From Chrysomallon squamiferum (lineage: Eukaryota; Animalia; Mollusca), in NCBI GenBank assembly GCA_012295275.1, contig CM022671.1:3348001-3412000 (forward strand): DNA of 64,000 nt, in the 5' to 3' direction. Under the pieces are notes generated by a model. The model was not told the DNA's origin. It did no database searches and saw only the letters and a list, made by a program, of their open reading frames with translations. Below, piece by piece: positions 23,101 to 38,031 of this stretch (position 1 is the first letter of the stretch; each line of letters opens with the position of its first letter). The position numbers and the translations under genes are program-made.

Positions 23101-26100
23101 GCAGAATGTACAGGGACATGTGAGTTTGTGAAAAGTAATTCATGAGCTCCAGAGAAGTCCATTCTACTGTTTATTCCATTACTCCAAAACTGCAGATGCA
23201 TTTTCCTTTGATATAACATATCTTTGCTATGAACTTTAATTTAGAAAAAAAAGCTAAACTCATCTTATCCAAGTTCAGACATTTTTTTTGCTGAGTGATG
23301 GACATTCATAGAATTGTATATTTTTTGTTTAAGTTGAGTGTAGATATTCATAAAAAAAAAAAAAAAAAAAAATTGAATACATTAGACTGATACTACTCAA
23401 TATAGATTATTAGTAAGAAATGTACTGGCAGTGTAATTGCATTTTCTTGTCAGATTACTTTTTTTTTTTTCTTTTCTTATTAAAACTAATTACTGGATAC
23501 ATAAATGAACACTTTTCACAGCTACTGAATGCGATGATCCTGAAAATTACGCAGTGATGTAATATATGTGGTTTCTCATTTGTTTTACCACAATATGATT
23601 CTTATTTCTTTATTAGGTGTTTTTTTTTGTACATCATTATATCAATTACATATAATGTATGTTGGCATACACATACACAGACATACACTGATGAAAGAAG
23701 TGTTCATAAGAGTAGATATTGTACAAGAAAATTATATGTTCATTTTATCATATTGGTTGAATTTCTTTTATATCTTAAACTGCAACTACAGCAAAAAAGA
23801 AAAGTTATCAAGAACCATTAAGCCACTTAACATATTTTAAGTGTTTCAGTATTTTTTTTTTTTTATGTACAAGATTCCTTTTTTTTAAAAATCCAGACTT
23901 GAAAAATTCACTTCATGATTGGCTGATATCCACATGTAGAGAAATGTGGTGAATAGTTTTTAATTTCCCATAAGTACTATCAGATGTGTGTTTATACAGT
24001 TAATGAATTTATGTACGTCCTATAAGTAGATGCAGTGATTTTGAATAATGTGCTGATTTCATAAAATGAGATTAAATATATTTGCTAAATTAAAAAATAA
24101 ATCAAGCACACGATGACACATGCTAAAAAGAAGAAGAAAAAAAATTCTGTATTTAATACCAGATAATATGAAATTGAATATATTTCGAAAATTCACAGCA
24201 GGTGAAAATTACAGTTTCATGTGTCCATAGGTATAGGATTTAAGAAAAACACACCAGCAACCTATAAATGTATTCAGATTAAGACAACTTTATGTATTAA
24301 CATTAAGACAACTTTATATATTAACGTAGAATCTTCACATTTTTTTGGTTATATTTTTAAGTAATTTTTATTGGTATTAGCTTCTGTTTTTTTTCTTATA
24401 TTTAGAACAGTGTTTAATTAAACATACACCAAACGTGACCTTAAATTTATTTGTTTATTTTATTCTTATTGGAGTAAAATTTGCCTTCATCAACCCCACT
24501 TTTGTAAAATATTAAAAGCTGATTATCAGTGTTTTTTGATTTAGCAGTCTTTCTAGTCTGTGTAGCCTACAGTTAGTTTTCAACAGTTAGTCTACAGTTA
24601 GGATTTAATTGCAGTTATAAAAAAAAAACACTGAGCTATATTTTTGGTTCGTTTGATCTTTTACAGTTAATTGCTAACATGAAATGACAGTGATGTCAAA
24701 ACATCTGTTGTGTGATAAAAATGCCCTGCTATTTTTTTTCTTGAATAACTGAATTTACTGTGAAAAGAATCAAAATTATAAACTGTGTCTGTGTGTGTGA
24801 AAAAACATCTGAATATTAGAATAAAAAATTCTGAACATTCTCTGTGCAGTTTTATAATGTTTATTCTTTGTAAAGAACTAAAAATTATAAGTGAATGTAA
24901 ATTTAATTATGACTAGTTTTTTTTCATATTTTATTTAATTGTTCTTCTTGTATATACTTCATTTTAACATCTATTACTTTATATTTGTAGGTGCTGGTGA
25001 ATCGGGAAAAAGTACGATTGTGAAACAAATGAAGTAAGTTGAAAATTCAGTAGTTAACATCAAGGTTTTTTTCACAGCTTTTATAAGTAAATTGTATCTT
25101 GAAGCAAATTACAGTTTACTGTGATAGTTATTAGCGACATTTCATTTTGGTGATAATGATACATTTAGAATGTAACGTTTTAAAATAATCCAACTTTTGA
25201 CCCCTGATAGGTCATAATAACGGCAATATAAAGTTTGTATTGAGATGTTGTTAAAGTAACATTGATTTACAAGCATGATGATAATTTTAAAGCAAACAAC
25301 GCTGTTTATTTGAAAATGTTGAAGTTTATTTCAAAATCATTTAATCATGATGCCATTCAAATTATTTGAACAGAACAGAAAGGAAGACGAACCGATATTT
25401 GCTGGATTTCACAACGTTCAGTAATTTTTGTTTTATTTTGTAGAATTATCCATGAGAAGGGTTACTCACAAGAAGAATGTCTGCAGTACAAACCTGTAGT
25501 CTACAGCAACACTATTCAGTCAATGATAGCCATCATTCGTGCTATGGGACAGCTAAAAATAGACTTTGACAATCCTGACAGAGCGGTCAGTTGATATTGA
25601 TTTCATTTTGAAAATCTAGTTAACCTGAAACAGCTTACATAACTGTTAATTAGCTTGAGGCAGGTGTGTCTAGTTACTAGCCTAGCTTCCATTCAGTTAC
25701 CTAATATATGATTGGTTATCCTTATCCTGCTTAGTTAGGTAATATTTCATTGGATACTATTTTTGTGAAATAACAACTACAGGAAGTTAGGTAATTTTTT
25801 GCTGCATGCATTTTTTATCAATGTGGAAATATAATTTTAAGCGAGTAATGTAACAAAACTCAGACTGCTTTTTTTTTTGGTAAGCTGTGTTAAATATAAC
25901 TGCTTTGTCATATTTTATGATTAAATGTCACTTATTTTTGAAATGCTGCCTGAATATTTAACATTTCTCTACTTTGTTTGAGTGCAGACATCATTACTGC
26001 AGTTAGGAGTGTTAAATAAAAAATGCGCTGTTAAATGCCAGAACAGTTTAACGTTTGGAAGTTGTAATTTATTTAATAAGTTTTCCATTACAGCAGTAGA

Positions 26101-29070
26101 GTTGAGTCATTATTGATTTGTTAACTGCAGAATTTCAGGTGTCTGATGTGTTTTTAACTGAAACAGGATGCTGTTTATTTAAAAACCTGGTTTTTAAAGA
26201 TAATTCTATTTAGTCATTCTATAGCAAACGAGCTCTACATTTGATTCAATTAGGTGTGAAACAAAAAGCCAAGATATGTGTACCACTTTGTATCCAGCTT
26301 AATGTATTGCCTGTTATTCTGTTTCAAAACAGATGTTTGCTAAAATACAGTTGAACCTTCACATTCTTTTATGAAATTAAATGAAATAAAAGTATAGATA
26401 TTTATAATTGAAGTATTGAATAATTTACAAATTCAGTGAGCAAGGAAGAAAAAATTACTCAAATCAGTATAAATATTAGGACAATAATAATTATAATAAG
26501 AGTTATTTTGACGTTTAACCTTATGAAATTTAAAAATGTTCTGTAACTTGCTGGTTGACTTGTGTCTAGGTAGTATTTCACTTGTGTTTTATTTAAAGGC
26601 TGATTTGTCTGTTTTGAAATTTAAAAGCTCAGTTTCATCCATTAACTGCATGAGAGTAGCTAGTGGAGTGGAAGCACCAAGTTCCTTTTCATATCATTCT
26701 TTAAAAAAAAAATTAATGTATTTTTCTTATTTACTAATGTTAATATTAAAATTAGCTGAGATATTAAACATACTCATTTTTCATATACACAATTACACAA
26801 TTATATTTTGGCAGTATTCAGTGAACATTTTCTGATGTATTTTATAATTGTTTATCTCAGGAAGATGCAAGACAGTTTTTTGCTCTGGTTGGCAATGCTG
26901 ATGAAGGAGAGCTATCACAAGAGGTGGCAGCCATTATGAAGAGATTATGGAAAGATGGTGGAGTTCAGAAATGTTTTGGCCGGTCAAGAGAATACCAGTT
27001 GAATGACTCGGCAGAATAGTTAGTATAGTTGTTTGTTTGTTATACCAAATAATTTACATTGTTATGATGTACCTACAGTATTACAAAAAAATAGCATTAA
27101 TACATTTTTATACTTTGACTTTTGTCCGTATCATTTCTTTGGTAATTATTAATAAAGTGTGGCAGTGATGTAACGTATGTTATGCATGAAGGATTAATCT
27201 TGAAGTTTTATCAAACGGTTTACACTTTGTTTTGATAATTATGCATTCTTGTTATTTGATACCCGAAACTGCTTTTATTTCAGCTATTTGAATGCTCTGG
27301 ACAGGATATCAAACCAGGGTTATATCCCCACTGAACAGGATGTGTTACGAACCAGAGTGAAAACTACAGGAATTGTTGAAACACATTTCACTTTTAAAGA
27401 TTTGCATTTTAAGTATGTTGTTTCTATATTTTAATGATTACATTTGCTTCTAAATTGTTTTGTTAACAGCGTGTTAAATTAAATAAAGCATGTATCTTAA
27501 ATACGGGATTGATCAGCTGTGTTGTTAATATGATTTTAAAATGAAACACATAAATGACAAGAAATAGTTTCATTTCATATAAAGCTTGAAGCATTTTCTG
27601 CCAAATGTTATGTCTAGAAAATTGCAGAAATATTAACTGAATAAATTCAGGTAGGTGCTTGAAGCAGATTTGATAGATCACGTTTGAACTGTCATAGTGA
27701 AGCAGGTTTGTAATCCCTTTTTTTTTTTTACTGTAATAAGATTGATAGATTGATATTTGCTGCATGAAATAGTTGGTATTATTCCCAGCCTTGGGTCAGA
27801 TATGCTGGTCAAGCTATATTGTGTTTAAGTCAATAGTTTAAATATATATATTTTTTATTATTGAGGACGACCAGTTTTGAATTATTTTTAACTATGACAT
27901 TTCTTTTCAGAATGTTTGATGTTGGAGGTCAGAGGTCAGAAAGGAAGAAGTGGATTCATTGTTTTGAGGGAGTCACTGCAATCATCTTCATTGTGGCTAT
28001 GAGTGAATACGACCTGACACTGGCTGAGGATCAGGAAATGGTAAGTATTGTTCTTTATTTTCATTTATTGTTATTAGTCATTGTCTGGCAGTAAGTGGTT
28101 TGTTGCTTTTTCTCTGAACAAGCTTGACAAATAATCTTTTAATAAGAAAAATGATGACCTACTTGGCTAAAAAAAAAGAAAAAAAACTTTAAAAATTCAA
28201 GATTACTGATTCTGAACAGCATACTGATATTTTTAAATAATAATTTTAGCTAAAAATTTATACAACTCGCTAATATTGACAATTTTTCATATTAGTTTAA
28301 TATAAAATGTAATTGCTGAATTGAGCAATGTATGTTTATGTTGATGATGGTTTGTAAAATTTCTTTTCATTTGTTTTTCTTTTCAGAACCGGATGATGGA
28401 AAGTATGAAACTCTTTGACTCAATCTGCAACAATAAGTGGTTTACAGACACATCAATTATTCTTTTCCTTAACAAGAAAGATCTTTTTGAGCAGAAGATT
28501 GAGAACTCAAAACTGACCATCTGTTTTCCTGAATACACTGGTGAGTTGATATTTTAACAGACATGATTTTGAGTTACAAGATTTTAAAATATGTTTCAGG
28601 GGAGAAAAAAAAGAAGATTAAATTTGGCAGTAATGTTGAAATAGATGTATAAATTACTTATGTATGCTTATCATTATATAATACCTTCTAAACACTATCT
28701 AAACTTAAACATTACCTTTTAACCTGTGTCACCCTGATTTATTTATTTTTCCTTCTTGATGTAGAAACTGAACAGATAAAAATAACAAATATTTAAAGGG
28801 GAAATAAGTGAAGGAGTAAATGTATTTAAATATTTAAAATGAGAAAAAAAATAATAAGTGTGGTAAATGGTGTTTTCAGGAGCAAACACATATGAAGAGG
28901 CTGCTGCATACATTCAGCTTCAGTTTGAGAATCTTAACAAGAAGAAGGACACAAAGGAAATTTATACTCACTTCACATGTGCCACCGACACCAACAATGT
29001 GCAGTTTGTGTTTGACGCTGTCACTGATGTCATCATCAAAAACAACCTCAAGGACTGTGGTCTTTTCTAA
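20032..29070 (+). CDS. GNAI: Guanine nucleotide-binding protein G(i) alpha subunit, 354 aa, 8 exons: 20032-20149, 24991-25033, 25444-25585, 26861-27018, 27284-27412, 27911-28040, 28387-28540, 28880-29070
   Basis: Exon sizes 118/43/142/158/129/130/154/191 sum to 1065 nt, all GT-AG. Motifs: MGC lipidation, GAGESGKS P-loop, [29 protein letters not shown], and the Gi-specific C-terminus [10 protein letters not shown]. Confidence 0.98.
24991..25033 (+). CDS. GNAI: G-alpha-i exon 2
   Basis: (G)[13 protein letters not shown](K), tttgtag / gtaagt. Confidence 0.97.
25444..25585 (+). CDS. GNAI: G-alpha-i exon 3
   Basis: [47 protein letters not shown]. Confidence 0.97.
26861..27018 (+). CDS. GNAI: G-alpha-i exon 4
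   Basis: [11 protein letters not shown]...[15 protein letters not shown]. Confidence 0.97.
27284..27412 (+). CDS. GNAI: G-alpha-i exon 5
   Basis: [42 protein letters not shown]. Confidence 0.97.
27911..28040 (+). CDS. GNAI: G-alpha-i exon 6
   Basis: [43 protein letters not shown]. Confidence 0.97.
28387..28540 (+). CDS. GNAI: G-alpha-i exon 7
   Basis: [38 protein letters not shown]...CFPEYT. Confidence 0.97.
28880..29070 (+). CDS. GNAI: G-alpha-i exon 8
   Basis: [16 protein letters not shown]...[34 protein letters not shown]-stop. Confidence 0.97.
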
Positions 29071-32000
29071 ATGCTGTAAGTTGATGTTTTAGTCCCAATT
29101 TTTTTTTTTATGCATATTAAATTACTATTATTATTTTTTTTTTTTTTAAATGTATATTGTCAAAAATTGTATTATTCATTAACAGATGTTTCAAAAAATT
29201 TGTTGTGAAATTGTTATGATCTAGGTGGCTTTTTTTGTTTTTTTTTTTCTGTGCTACAAATGACACATTACATTAATTTTCACCTGAGCAATATTTACAT
29301 GGATAGTTTGGTGCCTCTACTGTGTTATAATATAATTTCTGTGAGTGTAGGTTTTATTTTGTTATTTTTATTTTTTTAACAGGTTGTTTGACGGAGCATG
29401 GGTCCAAAATTCCTCTCATTTCTGATGGCTTTTTGCAGATGCCTGCTTGTCAGAAATGTAGTTATCTCCCTTACCTCACAGTGGACTATCTCCCATGTGT
29501 TTACGGTTTTGTGTGGTTCACTTCTGGTGAAACAAGCAAAATATGGAAACGATATTAGAGCTGGTTTGAAATAAAATTCATTACCAGTTTTTTTTTTTAT
29601 AAACAAAAAAAAAACAAGAAAAAACAAACAATATTTAGGGCCTTAATGTCACTAGTTATGTACTCAGTGCTTGTAAAATGTGTAACTGTGTATTCCTCTG
29701 TGTATTAATCACGTAAACAGACACTGAGCTTGAAGATGACCGGTTAAACTCCTTCCTTGTTAACCTTAGATCTGTCATTTGGAATCAAGCCCTCTTAAAA
29801 TGTTTGTCTAAGGTTATGTTCTACATCTCCAGCTGAGCTTCCACTTAATATATGTATGTGTATCTTCACACTATCGTTGTTAGTGTAACAGTTTAATTGC
29901 TATTTTCATACAATTCCATTTATTACTGTTATTACTGGACCAATATTTTAGTTTTAATTTTAAAGAAAAACAATTGGCATAGTTATTTATGATAAAATTT
30001 TATGCTGGAAAATACTTTTAAATATCTACATTATTATTTTAAAAATAAAAAGCTTATATCAAAAGTAGTTACACTAACTAAAATAAGGGCTTTATTAATT
30101 TTATTTCCCACTGTATGATATTCTGTCTACTTAAGTTTTTGATATTTGTGTGAAATGTTTATTTAATATTTTGATAACTTTTTTATTTTTATTTTATTTT
30201 TATTTTTATTTTTTTGTCTTTAAATCTCATATATTTTTGTAATCAGGTATTTTATTTAAATATTGACCACTGACAAAGACATAAATAAAAAATATTTAAA
30301 AAATCTCAGTTAATAAAGTAAGAATTAACAAATTAAATTTGGATTTGCTGAAAATAGGAGTTCCTAATACACGTGGATTCAAAGACAATATTTATAGTTA
30401 ATGTTGACTTTAGTAAATGTAGTAATGTAGTTATTTACAGTTTGAGTGAATGAAGATTGGTATTAAATTAGAGGTAAAATAACAAATATTTAAAGGGCAA
30501 TAACAGATAGGAGTTGTCATCAAAATCACTAGCATACTTTGTTCATCAGATATCAAATTTCTGTTACGAAACTTCCACACAGAGGTATAGTGGAACAGTT
30601 AATTACTCTTGAAAAAATGTTGTGTTGGAAGAAATGCTTTAGTAAAAATTGTCTTCATATTATTTATTTTTTTCTGAATATTCATCTATTAATATTTTTT
30701 TTTAAATTATCTAATTTATTATGTGTACTTGAATAAAAATTATATTTAGAAAACTGCAAAGTATATTGTCATAAATTACTAAATACAACTTTGCTATGAA
30801 TAATATGCATTTAGTTTACAATTGTCTAATCAGTTTAAATATATTCATGTTTGTTAAAACAAAATTTTAATTGATTATTCATGAAGTTTTTTTTCTCTGA
30901 AATTTATAATTACTGAGATCTGAGACTAAATACAAATTATTGTGAAGTGTAATTTGGCGGAGGACAATGGTTTAACTCACATCTGCTAAATTCATTGTTC
31001 ATCAGACATTGCATTTGTTGATGTTATTATTTTTATTAGTTTCTGCAGAATGTAAATTAGCAAAGGTCAGTGTATTGTAGATGATAGATGCTTCTTTTAA
31101 CAATGTTGAATGTTGTTAACACCAAAATAATGTACTGCAATAATTCAAACAATTTAAATTTCATATGTGTTGTTTGACAGCTTGCTCACTGGCACGATTC
31201 AGTATGTTAACCTGTCTGAAAAAACAAACTGATGTTTTTGTTAATAAGAAAACTCAGAAATAATTATCAAATTCAGTGGGTAGGAATAATTATTATTTCG
31301 TACTTTGAAATATTATTACGTCATAAGTTTATTTAACCTTTATTTGTTTAACACTTCTTTTAAACTTTGGTATTTTTTATTAAAATATTTTGTTTTCGAG
31401 AAACTTAAATCTAGGTGTTACTTTATAACAGCAGAATTTGTATTTCAGCTGTAAATAAACAAAAATTTAGTTTTTTACTTAATATTTTGGTTTATATATT
31501 TTTTTAAATGCTGCCTTGCTCATCTTGCCAAAATCAAAAATTAAGCCAAATACACAAAGTAATTGATTTTTAATTTGCCAAAGATTTCATATTATTAGAA
31601 ACAGAGAAAACAACATCAAAATGACATTTTTATAAAACGAGTGTAACTGGATATTACAAACATCAATACCAACCGTTGATTTGAACATTTTCTCACTTGG
31701 TATCTGAATTTTGGTTGCAAAAGGCACCCAAGAGATTAACAATAGTTTATTCAAGAAAATCTTTTAAATTTCAACAGTTTGACTTAGTTTAATGGATTTA
31801 AAAAAAATAAAAGTGGTTTCAGTTTTTTCATTGAGATTTCGTTCTTTGGAATTAATCATGGTTGTATCATTGAAAGTTTAGAATAATCATGAAACTGTTC
31901 ACACAGAAAGAAACTTAAATATTTGGCCAGTAGCTATCCTGGGTTCATTTTCATTGCTTTAATTTATTCCTTGTTCATGTTTATTTTGAATTTTTTTTAA

Positions 32001-35000
32001 TTTTTTAATTTTATTTTTTTTATTAAAATTGAAGTTGTAATTGTTCAAATGTAAAATTGAAATAATTACTTTGTCGTGTTATTTTAAAGAAATAGAAATT
32101 TTAAAATAATAAATAAAATAAAGCTATAAAGTCTGGTTTGGAAGGTAAAAATTGTCAAAGATGATGGTGAAATCCCAGTGTTAACTGTTGTGTTAAATGC
32201 TATGCCAGTTAGATTTCATACATGCAGTTTAATACTGAGTTCTAATAATAAATCTTAGGATTTCTCCAGTCCGTAATTACATTAAATTAAAAACAATTTA
32301 TGATTATTTTTAATTAAATGAGTGCATCCTCAGACAATAATTAATTAAACAAAATTATTATTAATTAGAGATTGTTCATCCATGGACAGTAGATAAAATA
32401 ACTTGAATGTTTATGTAGACTGTGAAACTGTATTTTGTGTCCTGTAGTTTTTAACTGAAGCCTGGTTTAGAGACACAGTGACATACATTTTGTTTAGAAT
32501 ATTTATCTGTCCCTGGCTTTATTGTGATAATATATTTATTTTTCTGCCTTGGGTGCAATTTGCAAGTTATGATATTTGATGTTTAAACTTGTTTACAGTG
32601 TCTTGTCAGATCACCACATATAGATTTTTACCTTTATGTAGTCTGGAATTGGAAAAAAATTGTATAGAGTTCAGTGTTGTAATCATTGTTGTGGTTCCAA
32701 ACTTTCTGTTAATGTGTGTCGTTTTTCCAAATGGTAAAGGAACTTTCTTGAATATGTCAGTTGTGTAATATTTGTGTAATAGTCACTTTTTTCTTTCCTT
32801 TTTTTCGTTTTGGAAATGTTAAGTAATTTGATATATTTACAAGTTATCCAACATAATAATTCAGTAACTTCTGTAGTTTAAAATGTCACTGCTATGTTAA
32901 ACAGTAATTTAAATTTGTTATTGATTTTCATGAACAAAACCAGAAGATGTGAAAAAATGCATGCCATAGCTTTTGTATTAGAAATTAATGGCTGCTGTAA
33001 ATTTCATCACAAGTGAAAACTTGAGAAAACAATACCATGGATTTTGTGTATTTATTTAAGAGCTGTCATAAAGCTGAATCATAGATTTGATTATTAACAA
33101 GGTCATAAAGCAATGTGTCACAAGTTAGTCGCTGTGTTTAACTACATAGCAGTTGTTATAGCTAGGCTGTGTGTTAGAAATGTTAGCTGTCCCTTCCATT
33201 CACAGGTTCAGGTGTTTTTAAACACACATCAACATCAGATGGGATAGAAAGATACTGTAATGTGAACTGTTTGCTTTCTACAACTGAACAATATGCACAC
33301 ACACAAACACACACAGCTATGCATTTTTACCTTCTTTGAAAGATAAAAAATGTAAAGTGCCTTTAAAAACATAACAGCTGATGGCACAGTGACTTAATAA
33401 CTCAAAATCAGAAAATGGTTGAAGTTAAAATTAACCAGCTGAGAGTAGAGAATGAATTACTAAATTTAAAGTTTTATTTACATGGTCACATTTCTATTGT
33501 ATAAAAAAAAAATAAAAAAAAAAAATTTAATAAAAAAAAATTAATAAAAAAAAAATTGCTTTCATGATAATATTGATAAAAAAGTGTTTTATAGTAGAAG
33601 TATATACATTGTTAAAGCTAAAATATAACAACCCATTACATTAAAAACATACTGCCTGGAATTATGTACTTAAGAATTTGCAGACATATTGACTGGACTT
33701 AATATTACTTTTTATTTTGTGTATTTGCAGTTAAATGTTTTTTAATCTTTTGTTTGGCTGATTTACAGAACAGAGACCTATGTGTCATTTACAAACAATT
33801 GAAAATAATTTGTATCGTTGATGTATGTTAAATATTTTTACACAGCCAGAGACATAAAAAAATTGTAGTTCTAAGCAATCATTAATTTAAAAATATATAT
33901 ATATTATTATTATTATTATTATTTTTTTATTATTATTTTTTATTTAATTTTTCAAATTTCTCATTTTCTTTTTATCCTTTGAAAAGGCTTGAATACTTGT
34001 TAGATTACTTTTATCATGTTGATATATATATATATATATATATATATGTACTACATGCTGGTAGACAACTTGTGGTTCTCATTCCTGTTTTTAAAATGGC
34101 CTACACAGCTGAGATGGCAAATTAATTATTTTTTGGATTTGGTATATATCAAACAATTTACGTGTACAAGTCAATATTTAATAATAAAAGGAAACACTAT
34201 TTTTTTTTTTCCCCCATTCATCCAAGGTACTTGTTAATAATTTGTACAGGTATACATATATTATTTAATACCATTTATGATATTTAATGATCTAAGCAAC
34301 CCATTATTTCTTTTTTCCATTTGTTTTTGGTTTTTCAACAATATTCAAATAATTTTTCAATGTCTGATCTGTGTTAAATATTTATTTTTAAAAAATTTGC
34401 TCATCTTAAGCAATTTATAATTTCTATGCCCTTTTTTTTTTGTCTTTTCTTTTTCTCAAAATTAAAATGGCTTCTATACTTCAAATAACATTCATCCTTT
34501 AGGTTTTTTTTCATTTATTTTTTATATAATAATTTTTTTTTGTGTGGGGGAGTTTTAAAAATATCTACCAGGATGTTACATGTTAATGTATTTATGATGT
34601 ACATAGTGGTTTTATAGCCGAAGTATTAACAATCATGATGCTACAGACATTATTATTTTTTTAAACATTGTCTTTTATGTATTTAGTGGACCAATGAAAT
34701 TTTGTCATTCACATCGATAATTCTGCTGGTTTGTCTATGTTAACCATGTATTCAAAATATTGAATGTATTTTATCAACATGAACATTTTGTATTGTGTTT
34801 GTAATGCCTGTTTAAATAAATTTTAGCTCAATATCATTTTTCTTTCACTTTTATTTATAACATGTGAATGTGTTTGTGTATTTGAGCATTTTCATTAACT
34901 TTTTAAGCATAAAACATTATTTGGTAAAGATAAAAATAAAAACAAATGCAATTCAGATAAAAAATTTATTTCAGTTTTTCAAATTGATATTGATTATTAA

Positions 35001-35529
35001 AAATGGTGATGAACATGGATTTATCGATAAGATTAATATTGATAAAAATGATATTATTAGAGATAGGGAAAATACAATGCCAGTGATAAAACTATTTAAT
35101 GGAGTAATTTGCTTTATCATAACACATGCTTTTATCTTGGGATAAAAAGTACTTTCAGACAATTTTGTGAAATAGCATTCTTGTCTACAAAGCTTACTTT
35201 CAGTATACACTTTATTATCCTTTATTATTAGCAAAGTGGTCTCCAGGACAGTTATTTAGAGGTTTACAGAATGACTATTATTTGATTATTATGGTACTTT
35301 TAATATTAACAAACAGAAATCTTTATTATGGTTTCTGTTGGCATCATGACACATCTTCCATCTTGCTTTTAGTCAAATGTTTCCAGTATTGCACTTAAAG
35401 CTACATAAGGGAGAAGAAATCGGACATTTTCTTAATATCGATGTCAAAATTTACACATGAAATAATAGTTCAGTGTTGGTGCTGGTTCTCTTTGGTTCTC
35501 TTTGTCTTGTTGCTAATGACAACCAGTTA

Positions 35530-35624
35530 CTAACTGCAGAGATACGCCAAAAACTGTCCCAGTTTAAAAGTACAGTCTATGTTAGCCTCATACACCACTG
35601 TGTCTGCCTCAAATGTTGTATGCA
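35530..35624 (-). CDS. GTF3C1: GTF3C1 last coding exon (HTTFEADTVVYEANIDCTFKLGQFLAYLCS-stop)
   Basis: Acceptor ctttttag, TAG at 35530-35532. Confidence 0.85.
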
Positions 35625-36892
35625 CTAAAAAGATAAAATTAAATAAATTAAATTAAAAAAAAGAAAGAAAAATAGATAATTTTAAAAAGATGCCACTCTA
35701 GTTACAATCATAAATTTTCATTTTCTTTGCAGTTACCAGGATAGTTTGCAGAAACGAAAAGAGAGAAAAATATTTATTCTCTCAGATAATCATATAATTT
35801 CTGAACTCTCTCACACTGATAAAACCCAAAACACCCAACAAATTTTGGGAAAAAGTTTTTTGAAAAATTTATGTTACACAAATGTGCAAAAAACAAAAGT
35901 GGAATTTTTATTATTACTATTATTATTTGAATTTATTTTTATTTTAATTTAAACACTTTTTTATGTTTTTTATTTGATTTAAAAACAAACCAGATTTGGA
36001 AAAATAAACTTATTTTTCTTATCACAATTTTGCATTATAAATAATCAACAAATGAACAGAAACATAAAATTCAACTGGTAATATTTTCTGTCATGATTAT
36101 AATATAAATAATGAATTTTCATTTTGCATTTGCTTCATAAAGAACCATTTTAAATAATCAATAACTTAATTTCAGTTTACATTCTCTATTTCATATGTGA
36201 AAAAGGTAACCAAAATATTTTCCTTGGCAATAAAAAATAAAATATTTAATAAATGAATATCTTGTCACATGAGATAAGAGCTAAAATGCTTTCAGTCCTT
36301 ATTATGTAACATAACAACAATTCACTGGCTTGGAAAGTAAACTGATAAAACTTTAGCTGAGTGAGATTCAATCCCATTACCAAAGATGCCTCTAGCTGAA
36401 ATACAGTTTAAACAGTATAAATTAGGAATAAAAAATTATTTTTAATAAATTTTTATAAAGATGGTAGGTAGTCATTTTGTTTGGTATTAAATGAATAAAT
36501 GTATTTATGAAATAATCGCCAACATGAGTTGAAGTCAGATTTTTGGTACTAAATGAATAAATGTATTTATGAAATACTCACCAACATGAGTTGAACATCT
36601 GACAAACAGAGAAGATCTTCGTGTTCTCTTGAGGTAAGTTTTTGACAGACATTCCAGCTCAGTTAGAATCTACAAGGAAATAAATAAATAAATAAATAAA
36701 TGTGAACAATGAAAAAGAGCAAAATTAAAGCATATTCAACCAAGCTGCTGTTTTGAAATAATACAAAAATTAAGAAAGTAATAAACTAAAATAAATGAAT
36801 AAATAAATATAAAAAAACATACATCTAAAATGAATTATAAATAAATAAATTAATTCACGAAAAAGAAAATTTGTTTCATATAAACAGTCAAT

Positions 36893-36979
<87 letters not shown>

Positions 36980-37969
36980 AATAAATAAACTCTGTGACAT
37001 CTTTACCTCAATAATTTCTTTCACTACAATAGGTTGTAGATGTGGTGAGAATTTTCTTATAAGAGTTTCCTCACTGATGCCAGGGTTGGTCATAATGTGT
37101 ATTAGTATAGACTCCAACAGCAGCTTCAACATCGGCCTGTTCAACACCCCTTCTGGTTTACGCCATGGTCGACAGATTAGTCGAACTTTTTCATACACAC
37201 TGAAAATTTTGATGTTAAAATTCAAAATTTTATAAAATGATAAATAACTAAAACATTTTTTTTCAGCTTACTCTGTAAATAATAACAGTTAAATAAAATA
37301 TTTGAATATAATAAAATTTGTTTACAGTATGTTAATCAAACTTTATTCATTATAAATAAGATAACATATTAGTATAGAAAAATATTGTATTCAACATTTT
37401 ATTACTAAAATCGTATTATAAATTAATCAATAATTATAATATTGATGCTATTAGTGAAAAATATATAATAAATAAAGTATGTAACATGAATGTAAAAGGT
37501 GGTTTTGTCTGGAATCAGGAAAATATCTGGGGTGGTGCAAAGCACACTACCTTTTTGTAATGAGTGTGGCTGAATCTTCGTCAAATTTACGTTTTTGACC
37601 TCTCTCACGAGAACTGCTCTCTGCAGTTGTGTCCTGGCTTGTGTCTGCCTGTCCCTCCTTATCTGACACACCCACATTTACCCCAGGTTCTGGTACCTGT
37701 ATCTGTGAACTCTCTGACTGAAGGAAAGAAACAAACTGACTTGTGGAGGCCAAATTTTCTGAGTCATCTGTCTCCTGAAATAATAATAATAACAATAATA
37801 ATAATAATAATTATAATTATAATAATTTTATATGTATATAACTGCATGCATGTGAATATTTGTCTTGCAATAACTGTATATAGTGGCAAGACATATTTCT
37901 ATATTTTCACTCACTGACCAAAAATATAGCTTTCTGAGATGGAATTATTTTTACTTTATAAATATTGTT

Positions 37970-38031
<62 letters not shown>

